Shown here in pieces: positions 20,142 through 28,722 of a DNA stretch of 64,000 nucleotides; the first letter of the stretch is position 1, and the number at the start of each line of letters is the position of its first letter. Below the pieces are notes generated by a model. That model saw only the letters and a list, made by a program, of their open reading frames with translations. It did no database searches and was not told the DNA's origin. The position numbers and the translations under genes were made by a program. This stretch comes from an uncultured Verrucomicrobiae bacterium (GTDB lineage Bacteria; Verrucomicrobiota; Verrucomicrobiia; Chthoniobacterales; Terrimicrobiaceae). The DNA is taken from positions 416,001 through 480,000 of the forward strand of contig CAVPOC010000008.1 of the NCBI GenBank assembly GCA_963706955.1, given 5' to 3'.

Positions 20142-21437
20142 GTGAATAACGATCCCCTCATCGTCGCTGAAAAGCGGCACGTCTGGCATCCATTTACGCA
20201 AATGCAGGCATGGTGCGCCCTCGATCACGAACCTATCGTCCTGGTCGAGGGCCAAGGCTCGATCCTTTGGGATCGTCACGGTCGTGAATACATCGATGGC
20301 AATTCATCGATCTGGACAAATATCCATGGTCATAACCATCCCGCCATAAACGCGGCCATTAAATCGCAACTCGACAAAGTGGCACACGTCTCATTCCTGG
20401 GTTCAACCAACGCCCCTGCGATTGAACTCGCCGAAAAGCTTGCCGGATGTTTTCCGCGCGGGACTTTGACGCGCACGTTTTATTCCGACGATGGCTCGAC
20501 CGCTGTGGAAGTGGCTGTAAAAATGGCGCTGCAGTATTGGCAACTGCGCGGCCAACCGGAAAAGTGTCGCTTCGTCGCCTTCGAGAATGCCTATCACGGC
20601 GACACTGCCGGCGCGTCCAGCCTCGGGGGAGTGGAGGCTTTCACGAGCCGGTTCACTGCCATCCATTTCCCGATTGAGCGGGCAGCCAATGTCGATGCAC
20701 TCGCGTCTCTGAATCCTGACCGGCTCGCGGCGGTGATCATCGAACCTCTCGTTCAAGGCGCCGCAGGAATTCGCCTCTGGCCAGCAGGCATGCTTCGCTC
20801 CCTGCGCGCATGGTGCGACGCGAACGATGTGCTCCTTATCTTCGACGAGGTCCTCACCGGCTTTGGACGAACCGGACGACTTTTCGCCTGCGAGCACGAG
20901 AGCGTTCTTCCCGACTTTCTGTGCCTGGCCAAGGGTCTCAGCGGTGGTTATCTCCCGCTCGCCGCAACTATGACCACCGAACAGGTTTATGACGCCTTCC
21001 TCGGCGAATACCAGGACCTCAAGACGTTTTTCTATGGTCATAGCTATTGCGGAAACGCACTCGGCTGCGCGGCAGCTCTTGCTAATTTAGAGATCTTCCA
21101 AGAGGAGAATGTCCTTGAATCGCTAAAGGGCAAAATCACCTTTCTCCGGCAGTTGCTGGACGGATTGCAGGAACTTCCGAACGTCGCCGAAATCCGGCAG
21201 TGTGGAATGATCGCAGGGATTGAAGTCCGGAAAACCTCCGGAGAGCAGTTCCCCTGGCATCAGCAGACCGGCGCCCGAGTCTGCATCGCGGCACGAAAGT
21301 ACGGCCTGCTCACGCGTCCCATCGTCGATACAATCGTCCTTATTCCTCCCCTGTGCATCACGCGCGCGCAGTTGGAACGCGCGACCGAAGCTATTCACCA
21401 CGCAATCGAGGACGTCTGCGAAAACTCTGCGCCTTAG
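20142..21437 (+). CDS. bioA: Adenosylmethionine-8-amino-7-oxononanoate transaminase
   Basis: 'VWHPFTQM', 'SDDGSTAVEVAVK', 'DEVLTGFGRTG', 'KGLSGGYLP', 'HSYCGN'. Confidence 0.93.
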   Translation: MNNDPLIVAEKRHVWHPFTQMQAWCALDHEPIVLVEGQGSILWDRHGREYIDGNSSIWTNIHGHNHPAINAAIKSQLDKVAHVSFLGSTNAPAIELAEKLAGCFPRGTLTRTFYSDDGSTAVEVAVKMALQYWQLRGQPEKCRFVAFENAYHGDTAGASSLGGVEAFTSRFTAIHFPIERAANVDALASLNPDRLAAVIIEPLVQGAAGIRLWPAGMLRSLRAWCDANDVLLIFDEVLTGFGRTGRLFACEHESVLPDFLCLAKGLSGGYLPLAATMTTEQVYDAFLGEYQDLKTFFYGHSYCGNALGCAAALANLEIFQEENVLESLKGKITFLRQLLDGLQELPNVAEIRQCGMIAGIEVRKTSGEQFPWHQQTGARVCIAARKYGLLTRPIVDTIVLIPPLCITRAQLERATEAIHHAIEDVCENSAP

Positions 21438-21455
21438 AGCTCGATTCGGCTCTTC

Positions 21456-22382
21456 TCAGTAGCTAAACGTTAGTCCACCGCTGGCCCAGACCTCGTTTTC
21501 CTGTTCGATTTGTTGAAGCGCAGTCAAAGCCACGCTGTAGTTGATTCCGCCGAATATCGAGACGAATGGATTAATCCTCCAACTGGCTAAGAGACCGAAC
21601 TGAAAATTGTTCCAACCGTAGTAATCGGTTGTATTATAGCCAAGGTTTATGCCGAGAAGGACATAAGGCTGCAGCTCGAAAATTTCCTTATAGACACGAA
21701 TCTCCCCATCAAGTCGAACCTCCAAATACGAGGAAGGCAGATGGACTACGTCGCTGACAAAAAACATCCCGGGCGTGACGTGCGGGATCACTGAGGTCCC
21801 TAAGAAAAAGAAGAGCTCGTGTCCATAACCGTCGGACGATTGCGCGGACTCGACAGGATCGCGCTCCTTCTGAACCTGTGCCTCGCGGTGAGTTCTCCCT
21901 AGAGAATGCGCGTGCGCTTCATTCGCAGGTCCCGCAGCCTGAGGCACAACGACGCTTCGCTGGTAGCTGAAATTGTACCCCGGAGTGATGAAGACCGGGC
22001 CAAGCTCAAACGTGGAGGAGACGGTGAAATCCCATTCCTGGTAACGGTTTCCAGTGCCGAACCCCCACCAACCGCCAAGGGTTAGATTTTGGAGGCGCAC
22101 CGCAAGCTCCATCGTATAGGCACCGTAGTCGCCCGTCTGGTCGACTCCATACTGAACTTCGCGGCTGGTCCAACCTGTTGAAAGCATCGCGGCCCAGCGA
22201 CGTTCCTTCTCCTTTCCCGTGGACGGTGCCGAAGATGAAGCGCTCGAGAAAGTTCGCTCTTTCCCATCCTCAAGCGGGTTCTGTGTTTCCTCTGTTCGGG
22301 ACAGGTGGGCGCCAATACCGTGAGACCAGACGCGGTTTATCTGAAGAAAGCTAATTGTCAGCAATAGAAACACTCTTCTCAT
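21456..22382 (-). CDS. Hypothetical exported protein, probable outer-membrane beta-barrel
   Basis: Signal peptide from ATG 22382, alternating beta-strand pattern, C-terminal aromatic 'GGLTFSY', His-containing loop. Confidence 0.6.
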   Translation of the reverse strand: MRRVFLLLTISFLQINRVWSHGIGAHLSRTEETQNPLEDGKERTFSSASSSAPSTGKEKERRWAAMLSTGWTSREVQYGVDQTGDYGAYTMELAVRLQNLTLGGWWGFGTGNRYQEWDFTVSSTFELGPVFITPGYNFSYQRSVVVPQAAGPANEAHAHSLGRTHREAQVQKERDPVESAQSSDGYGHELFFFLGTSVIPHVTPGMFFVSDVVHLPSSYLEVRLDGEIRVYKEIFELQPYVLLGINLGYNTTDYYGWNNFQFGLLASWRINPFVSIFGGINYSVALTALQQIEQENEVWASGGLTFSY

Positions 22383-22585
22383 CTCGGCGCTCTCCAGCAA
22401 ACGGCTGCGGGCGTCTGCAGCCCCTTCGCGCGAGAGTAGAGCACGCGTTCGCCCACGCCTAGATCTAAGTGTTTCGGCGAGGATACTTCCTAACAGGAAG
22501 TCGTTCTTAGCATCGGCCGCTTCGCTGTGCGCCACCAGCAAAGGACTTTGAACTCGGCCGAACGGTTCCAGCCGAGGAGTGCGCG

Positions 22586-23044
22586 CTAAACGGCCACCGC
22601 GTCCTGAAGTGCCACCACGACCGCTTCATGCCAGCCAGCGAGCGCCTCTTCGAAATCGACGTCATTGTCAACGCGGGCAAGCAATCGGCTGGCGCCACGT
22701 TCCTCAAACATCCGGTCGAGGTCCCGACCGCACTGACAGAAATTGTCGTAGCCCGTGTCACCGAGCGCGAAGACGGCAAACCGCAATCTACGAAGGGTCG
22801 CTTCTCCAAGATCTTTGACGTAATCGAAAAAAGAGATGCCATCATCCGGCGGCTCCCCATCCCCCCACGTACTGATCGCCAGGAGCACGGTTGATTCTTG
22901 GAGAAAATCGCGGGAATCGTAGTGCGCGAGATCGTGCACTCGTGCGGAAAGACCGGCCTTCCGCAGCGCCGTCGCGGTTTTCTCTGCACATTCGCGGGCG
23001 TTGCCAGTCATCGTCGCGTAAAGAATGGCGATATCCGTTCTCAT
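22586..23044 (-). CDS. Flavodoxin
   Basis: 'ILYATMTGNA', 'STWGDGEPPD', 'FAVFALGDTGYDNFC'. Confidence 0.92.
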   Translation of the reverse strand: MRTDIAILYATMTGNARECAEKTATALRKAGLSARVHDLAHYDSRDFLQESTVLLAISTWGDGEPPDDGISFFDYVKDLGEATLRRLRFAVFALGDTGYDNFCQCGRDLDRMFEERGASRLLARVDNDVDFEEALAGWHEAVVVALQDAVAV

Positions 23045-23949
23045 GTCTGGTCAGTGGAAAAATTTCGCGCAAGCTCGCGGAGGTGTCCGTTCCAGGTATC
23101 GAGCTCTGCGTCGACGGCGGCGACCACCGCGCAGACGAAACGACCTTCCGGGTCAAATGCCTTGAGCGCCAGGGATTGGGCGATCGTCTGGAGGAATACT
23201 TCCGCAAGTTTCGTAACCCGAAGGTGAACTCCAGCCACCTGGTCCCCGACGAAGATCCACTCCCGATCGCGGCGAAACATAGTCGGCGTCATGGCGACGC
23301 CCTGCACAGCCCCTTCATTGCCCACGATGATTTGGAAGCCCGCTCGTTCACCAGTGGCCACCTGGAAGAATGTCGAGAGTGCTTCGGACCGAAGCGTCTC
23401 CCCGCCCGTGGCGGACAACAGGAATGAATTCTCGAGCCACGACGCCACGCGGACACCCTCAAAGCCACGTGATGCGGAGGAGCTTTGGTTCAATTCGACC
23501 CAGGCGCGAAACGCCTCGAAGTCGGAATGCTCGGTGAGACAGATCTTGTGGATGACTTCTCCGCTGTGGTCGGAGAACTCGACGGCGTAAAGCCAACCCT
23601 CCCGGCGCGACTCGACGACTGCAGTTCCGCGCGCCCAAGAAGTAAAATCAAACTCGAGCGAACCGTCCACGGCACGGCCGCGATGGCCGCAAGGCACCGA
23701 AACCATCTGTGGGTATTCGGCAATGGTGCCGAGCACCGCGTAGCCATTCCGAGTAATCGCAAGGACCGGACCAAAGGCCGGCAGTTCCGAAAGGAGAAAA
23801 GGCCAACCCTCCCAAAGCCCAATCACGGCGCGGCCGTCCGCGACGCGGACATTCTCGCGAAGCACTGAGGCGACGAGCGGATTCTGAATCAGGCTCGATC
23901 CTCTGTCGTTGGGCTCGGTCCGATGCGGCATGCTAGAATTCAGCCACAT
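23041..23949 (-). CDS. HemS/ChuX-like heme utilisation protein
   Basis: Two internal repeats: 'GPVLAITRN...VEFSDHSGEVIHKI' and 'IIVGNEGAVQ...HLR...LKAFDPEG'. Confidence 0.65.
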   Translation of the reverse strand: MWLNSSMPHRTEPNDRGSSLIQNPLVASVLRENVRVADGRAVIGLWEGWPFLLSELPAFGPVLAITRNGYAVLGTIAEYPQMVSVPCGHRGRAVDGSLEFDFTSWARGTAVVESRREGWLYAVEFSDHSGEVIHKICLTEHSDFEAFRAWVELNQSSSASRGFEGVRVASWLENSFLLSATGGETLRSEALSTFFQVATGERAGFQIIVGNEGAVQGVAMTPTMFRRDREWIFVGDQVAGVHLRVTKLAEVFLQTIAQSLALKAFDPEGRFVCAVVAAVDAELDTWNGHLRELARNFSTDQT

Positions 23950-24041
23950 CTCAGAAAAACGCGCTCACGCTCGATTGCAAAAAATTAGCGGCGACTTGCT
24001 TTGAGGCCTCGTCGCAGCTCCCAAGCGAGGACTCGAAAAAC

Positions 24042-24105
24042 TTGTGGAGGCGCTTGTGCCAAGCGCCTGTGATTTCGCCGGGCGCTTGACACAAGCGCCC
24101 CTACA
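24042..24105. repeat. Inverted pair of REP-like palindromes (REPIN-like)
   Basis: TTGTGGAGGCGCTTGTGCCAAGCGCC (24042-24067) and GGGCGCTTGACACAAGCGCCCTACAA (24080-24105) are near reverse complements; each is a hairpin with a GTGG/GTAG foot. Confidence 0.75.
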
Positions 24106-24120
24106 ACACCAAGCCCGCAA

Positions 24121-25299
24121 TCACCCAATCGACGGTCGCATTTTGACTCCAGTGAGGAGTCGAGCTCCCAAGGCCCCCGCTGCGGCCGTAATCAGGCAGG
24201 TCGTCCAGACTGGCAGGGTGAATTTCATTATCTCCCCCCAATTGCCATTGGCCCAGACGCTAAGCGAATTGACCAGCGCGACAAGATAGTAGGAAAAAGG
24301 CATCGCCTTTTGGATCGCCGCCGGCTGGGCGAAGTAGCTCAGCGGAATGCCGACACCGGCGCCGATCAAGAGCCCCAACCGGACTGCCACGGGATGCACT
24401 CGTTCGAGACCGCGCGCGAGGACATAGGGAACCCCAATGAGGAAAATGGCGCTAAGCATCTCGTTATTTTGAAATCTAAGCCCCATAAGCATCGACACGC
24501 TCCGATGCATTAGAATCAGGCCGACGCCGATGACAAAGCCCAACCTTCTGCTCGCCAGGGCAAAAAAGGCAATTGCCTCAAGGACCACTCCGCTTGCGAA
24601 AAGTCCCCTCGCCATCCAGGGATGCTCCAGCAACCAGATCGCCTCCGGTGGGTCGCCTAGATCCGCCGGATTGAACCGGCTGAAATAGTGCTGCCTCTGT
24701 GTCTTGATCATATCGAGCGCGATGTAATGGGCATTCCAAAACCACATCCCACCGGTCGCGAACAGTTTAGTCAGGAATGACACCAGATAGGTCCCGGTAA
24801 CCACGACCTGACTTTGAACCAGAAGCCAGGAGTTGAGCAATGCGTCCGGAGGCTGCAACCGAAGGCCCTTTAGCACGGAGTAGTAGACGACGGTAACAGC
24901 CTGGACGAGCAGGGTCAGACCGATGATCTGATATCCGTGATGCGTGTAACCCTGCGAGTTATAGAGCGTGAACATCAGGCTGTAGGCGACCGCGAGCAGG
25001 GGAAGAACAATGGGGAGAAGCCAACCGGACGCGTAGACGAGAAGCAATAGGTAGAGGAGACCACGATACGCCGATAACTTCTCTGGATCGGATAGCCACG
25101 TCAGATCAAAGAAGCGCGCCAGGCCCACCGGATGGGGTTGATCGTGAAAGGGCACCTGCAAAGACAACGTCGAGGCAACCACGACCCCGAAAAGTAAACG
25201 GAGAAAAAAGCCCTCCAGCGAGCTGACTGTCGGCAGAGAAAAGAAGCCGGCCGCAAAGTTCCGCAGAGAAACGATCGCGTTATTCGGCAAAAAGGACAC
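24121..25299 (-). CDS. Polytopic membrane protein, HTTM-like (copy 1)
   Basis: Multiple TMs; 'YNSQGYTHHG', 'GTYLVSFLTKL...GGMWFWN', 'LEAIAF', 'MHRSV'; probable GTG start 25299 with AAGGAG 7 nt upstream. Confidence 0.65.
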   Translation of the reverse strand: MSFLPNNAIVSLRNFAAGFFSLPTVSSLEGFFLRLLFGVVVASTLSLQVPFHDQPHPVGLARFFDLTWLSDPEKLSAYRGLLYLLLLVYASGWLLPIVLPLLAVAYSLMFTLYNSQGYTHHGYQIIGLTLLVQAVTVVYYSVLKGLRLQPPDALLNSWLLVQSQVVVTGTYLVSFLTKLFATGGMWFWNAHYIALDMIKTQRQHYFSRFNPADLGDPPEAIWLLEHPWMARGLFASGVVLEAIAFFALASRRLGFVIGVGLILMHRSVSMLMGLRFQNNEMLSAIFLIGVPYVLARGLERVHPVAVRLGLLIGAGVGIPLSYFAQPAAIQKAMPFSYYLVALVNSLSVWANGNWGEIMKFTLPVWTTCLITAAAGALGARLLTGVKMRPSIG

Positions 25300-25759
25300 G
25301 CTTCTTCTCCTTGATCTCTCCGTCTTCAAATCGAATTTCCACGAGATGGAGTTGCAGCTTTTCGGGAAGGTCTTTCTCTCGCTTGGCCGACTGCTCCCTT
25401 AGCATTTGAAAGATCTCGATGCCGACCATGCGGTCCCGATCTCCCCTGCTTTGACCAGAGAGAGGATTGGTTTGTCGGCCGAGCTCTTTGGACTTCTTCC
25501 GATACGCCTTGCCCACTTGCGACGCAGTGACACCGGTTAAACTGCCGATAGGGATGGGTTGTCCGTCACCATCCGTGACCAGGAAGTATCCCCGTTCCGC
25601 ACTGGGGCGAGCGTACATCGGAAAGTTCGAAAAGGGGAAATTCTCTTTGGCGATGAGGCAGACCACCACGAAGATCACCAAGGCCGTCAGCGGCGTGTGC
25701 CATAGAAGCCGCGGCCATGGCTCCTGGCGTGAAAGTGCACTCGTCGACCGGCCGTTCAT
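25280..25759 (-). CDS. Small membrane-anchored partner of HTTM-like protein (copy 1)
   Basis: One TM followed by 'ENFPFSNFPMY'; ends 'LFAE'; paralog of 27613-28074; start ATG 25759. Confidence 0.7.
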   Translation of the reverse strand: MNGRSTSALSRQEPWPRLLWHTPLTALVIFVVVCLIAKENFPFSNFPMYARPSAERGYFLVTDGDGQPIPIGSLTGVTASQVGKAYRKKSKELGRQTNPLSGQSRGDRDRMVGIEIFQMLREQSAKREKDLPEKLQLHLVEIRFEDGEIKEKKRVLFAE

Positions 25760-25769
25760 TGTTGGGACG

Positions 25770-26378
25770 CTACAACGTTTCCCAGGCGTCCAGCACAATT
25801 TGCGACCACGATTCGAGTTTGTCTCGCTGTTTCCGGAGTTCTTCGGGTGCGAGAAAACGGAGCTCGCGGATCGCTCTCTCCCGGGCGCGAACGGCGTCGT
25901 GGCGCAGCTCGACCACATGTACAACGCCAAGATGGACTTGCCCGACTTCAGTCGAGTCGTCGTTAATTAAAGCGGCGAGTCGATCCTCCCACGTTCCCTC
26001 GAACTTGAGTTCCTCGGCCACCTCCCGATGAACCGCGGCGCGGTAGGCATCCTTGTCGAAAGAGAAAAGACTCTCATCGCTGTCATTAATGTGGCCTCCG
26101 ATGCCGATCGAGCCCTTGTCGACCAGTCGCTTTTCACCAGATTTGGCTCCGCGCACGTAACGCAGAATCGTGTTCTCGAAAGTGAAGATCACGTAAGGAA
26201 TGATCTGCTTGAAGGCAGGATCCTGCTCTGCGCGTGACCGAGGCAGGAAAAAATTGTTTTGCCGTGTCATGAACGTCTCGATGTAGCGATCTACATCGCG
26301 CTCCAAGCCCTGGAACGCGCCAAGGTCATCAAAGAGAGCGCGGCGTATCACGAGCACATTTTCTTCATTCTTCTGCAT
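25770..26378 (-). CDS. NUDIX-like phosphoesterase (YmaB/COG4112-like)
   Basis: 'AEQDPAFKQIIPY', 'GEKRL', 'SIGIGGHIN', 'REVAEEL', 'INDDSTEVGQVHLG', 'LESWS'. Confidence 0.85.
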   Translation of the reverse strand: MQKNEENVLVIRRALFDDLGAFQGLERDVDRYIETFMTRQNNFFLPRSRAEQDPAFKQIIPYVIFTFENTILRYVRGAKSGEKRLVDKGSIGIGGHINDSDESLFSFDKDAYRAAVHREVAEELKFEGTWEDRLAALINDDSTEVGQVHLGVVHVVELRHDAVRARERAIRELRFLAPEELRKQRDKLESWSQIVLDAWETL

Positions 26379-26453
26379 CCGCGATGAATGCTGCTTATGT
26401 GAAACAGCTCCGCCAAGCCTTATTCTCGGACCAACCGCGACGCTCGGGATCCT

Positions 26454-27623
26454 CTAGATTCGAAGACGATGCTTTCGAAGCGTTCCGCCGAGCAAGCGGG
26501 CGCCAATCGCACCGGCAAGAGCCATGGCGATGCAAGTCATCCACATCGGGAGCGTGAAGCGGAGAAAGTCAGTCACTCGGCCATTGTGCCAGACATCAAG
26601 TGACTCGATCAAGTTGCTGACGTAGACCGGGAGCGGCATTGCCGTTTGGATCGATGCAGGTTGGGCGAAATAACTCAGTGGAATCCCGACGGCAATTCCG
26701 ACGAGCACGCCCAGGCGCACCGTAGGATTGGCGATACGATACAAACACCATGCCACCAGAAACGGGAGGCCGACCAGGTAAATGGCGCAGAGCATCTCAT
26801 TGTTGTCAAACCTCAGACCCATCAGCCCGGCGATGCTCCTGTGCATGAGAATCAGCGCGACGCCAATCACGAAGGCAATCTTCCGGTTGGCAAGAGCAAG
26901 AAACGCGATCGCCTCCAAGAAGAAGCCCGTCCCAAACAGCGCGCGAGCCATCCAGGGATTTTCCAGCAGCCACATTGCTTCAACAGGATCCCCTGCATAG
27001 TTCGGATCGAGCGAGCCGTAGTAGAGCTGCCGGCGCGACTTAATCAAGTCGGTGGCAATGTAACTGGAGTTCCAGAGCCACAGCCCCCGAGAGTTGATCA
27101 ATTTCGAGAAGACCGAGATCAGATAGGTTCCCACGACGATCACTTGGCTCTGCCAGAGGAGCCACGAGTTGAGAAGCGCATCGGGAGGACGCAAGCGAAT
27201 GCCCCGGCAGAACGCGTCGTAAAGAACCGTGCCCGCCTGGGCAACCAAGGTCAGGCTAACAATCTGAAAGCCATGATGCGTGTAGCCTTGAGAGTTATAG
27301 AGAGTGAATGCCAAGACGTGTCCGAGCGCCAGCAGCGGAAGAGTGATCGGCAGCAGCACTCCAGCCGCGTAAAAGAAGAGGAGGGAGTAGATGACGCCCC
27401 GAAATATCGAATAAGAGAGAGGATTGGATAACCAGGTCAGATCAAAAAAATGGGCGAGTCCCGTCGGATGCGGTTGCGTGGAAAAAGGCACTTCAAACCG
27501 CAAGGTGTACGCCACCACGACAGCAAAAAAGACACGCAAGAGTAGGCCCTCAAGCTGCGTGACCTTCGGAGGAGAGAAAAACCCCGCCAGGAGGCGGCTG
27601 AACGGCCTTTGACTATTCCGCAA
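26454..27623 (-). CDS. Polytopic membrane protein, HTTM-like (copy 2)
   Basis: Clear paralog of 24121-25299 (shared 'QPHP.GLA.FFDLTWLS', 'FTLYNSQGYTHHG', 'PPDALLNSWLL'); probable TTG start 27623 with AAGGAG 7 nt upstream. Confidence 0.65.
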   Translation of the reverse strand: MRNSQRPFSRLLAGFFSPPKVTQLEGLLLRVFFAVVVAYTLRFEVPFSTQPHPTGLAHFFDLTWLSNPLSYSIFRGVIYSLLFFYAAGVLLPITLPLLALGHVLAFTLYNSQGYTHHGFQIVSLTLVAQAGTVLYDAFCRGIRLRPPDALLNSWLLWQSQVIVVGTYLISVFSKLINSRGLWLWNSSYIATDLIKSRRQLYYGSLDPNYAGDPVEAMWLLENPWMARALFGTGFFLEAIAFLALANRKIAFVIGVALILMHRSIAGLMGLRFDNNEMLCAIYLVGLPFLVAWCLYRIANPTVRLGVLVGIAVGIPLSYFAQPASIQTAMPLPVYVSNLIESLDVWHNGRVTDFLRFTLPMWMTCIAMALAGAIGARLLGGTLRKHRLRI

Positions 27624-28074
27624 AAAGGAGCTCCTTGGTCTCTGTGACCTTCCCGTCGCCATATTGTATCTCGACGCGAAACAGTTGAATGCCTGGCGGA
27701 AGAACCTGCCCGCGCCGAGTTGCCTGATCCCGTAGCATAGTGCAGATCTCCCGGCCAATTTCGTCGTTCCTGCCCGCGTTTGGCCCTTCTGCTGTCTCGA
27801 TCGCGCGTTCGCGTTGACGCGATTTTCGCCAGTGCATCTTTCCAATCTTCGGAGGGGTAACGCCGGTGAGCCTCGAAATTGGCAGAGGCTGACCGGCAGA
27901 ATCGGTCACCATGTAGTACGCCCTTGGCGCTGTCGGTGACGAAAACATGGGAAAATGCGAAAACGGGTAGGTCTCTTTGAGGATCAACGAACCGGCCACA
28001 AAGATCGCCAGGGTTGTCAGCGGTGTCTGCAAAGCGAGCCGATACCAGGGTATTGCGGAAGTAGAAGCGAACAT
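27613..28074 (-). CDS. Small membrane-anchored partner of HTTM-like protein (copy 2)
   Basis: One TM then 'ETYPFSHFPMF', 'LTGVT...GK', ends 'LFAE'. Confidence 0.7.
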   Translation of the reverse strand: MFASTSAIPWYRLALQTPLTTLAIFVAGSLILKETYPFSHFPMFSSPTAPRAYYMVTDSAGQPLPISRLTGVTPPKIGKMHWRKSRQRERAIETAEGPNAGRNDEIGREICTMLRDQATRRGQVLPPGIQLFRVEIQYGDGKVTETKELLFAE

Positions 28075-28203
28075 GTCCTATGACTTGCCCAATGCTGACC
28101 TCGCAGGCTGAGCTCGCCAAGCTTGTAATCGAGCGGCAATCGAGCGATTCCCATGGAAACCAGCGGCCTTGCGCACCGCGGTGAACTCGCCGAGACTCCG
28201 CAG

Positions 28204-28722
28204 ATGCGTCTCATTCCAATTCTTTTGATCATCTCAGGCTCAGTCTGCGTGGCTCAGCAGGAGAGCGAGAAGGAACGCGCCGGTCGCATGTTCTTTCCCC
28301 CGGAATCGAAAGAATCGACTAACTCGCCAAAGCAAACTTCCGGTCCGCGGCGCGAAACCAGCGCTTCTGACCTCATCGATATGTTTTTCCTCGGCTTGAA
28401 GGCCGGGCAAGTCGATGCGGCGTACGACGGTCTCGTGAAAGGGAGTGTCATCGCCGACCGCAGCGAGGATGTCGCCGGTCTTAAGGATCGCACCCGCCGT
28501 GCGCTGGATAACTTTGGCCCGATTTCCGGCTACGAAGTTCTGGAGGAAAGGACCGTTGGCAGCACGCTTCTCCGCCGAACCTGCATTTCGTTCAATTCCG
28601 ATTTGCCGTTGCGCTGGAGATTCTACTTCTACAAGGCCCAGGGCACGTGGAAGCTGGTTGACTTGCGCGTCGATGATGGCTTGGTGGAGCTTTTCGAGGA
28701 AAGTATCCGCCCACGCAAATGA
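28204..28722 (+). CDS. Hypothetical exported protein
   Basis: Signal peptide 'MRLIPILLIISGSVCVA'; stop overlaps the next start (ATGA). Confidence 0.7.
   Translation: MRLIPILLIISGSVCVAQQESEKERAGRMFFPPESKESTNSPKQTSGPRRETSASDLIDMFFLGLKAGQVDAAYDGLVKGSVIADRSEDVAGLKDRTRRALDNFGPISGYEVLEERTVGSTLLRRTCISFNSDLPLRWRFYFYKAQGTWKLVDLRVDDGLVELFEESIRPRK

Noticed and set aside
25300..27845. Extended N-termini of the HTTM-like and partner ORFs given in the ORF track
   Set aside because: They overlap upstream genes and are not conserved between the paralogs; shorter starts were chosen
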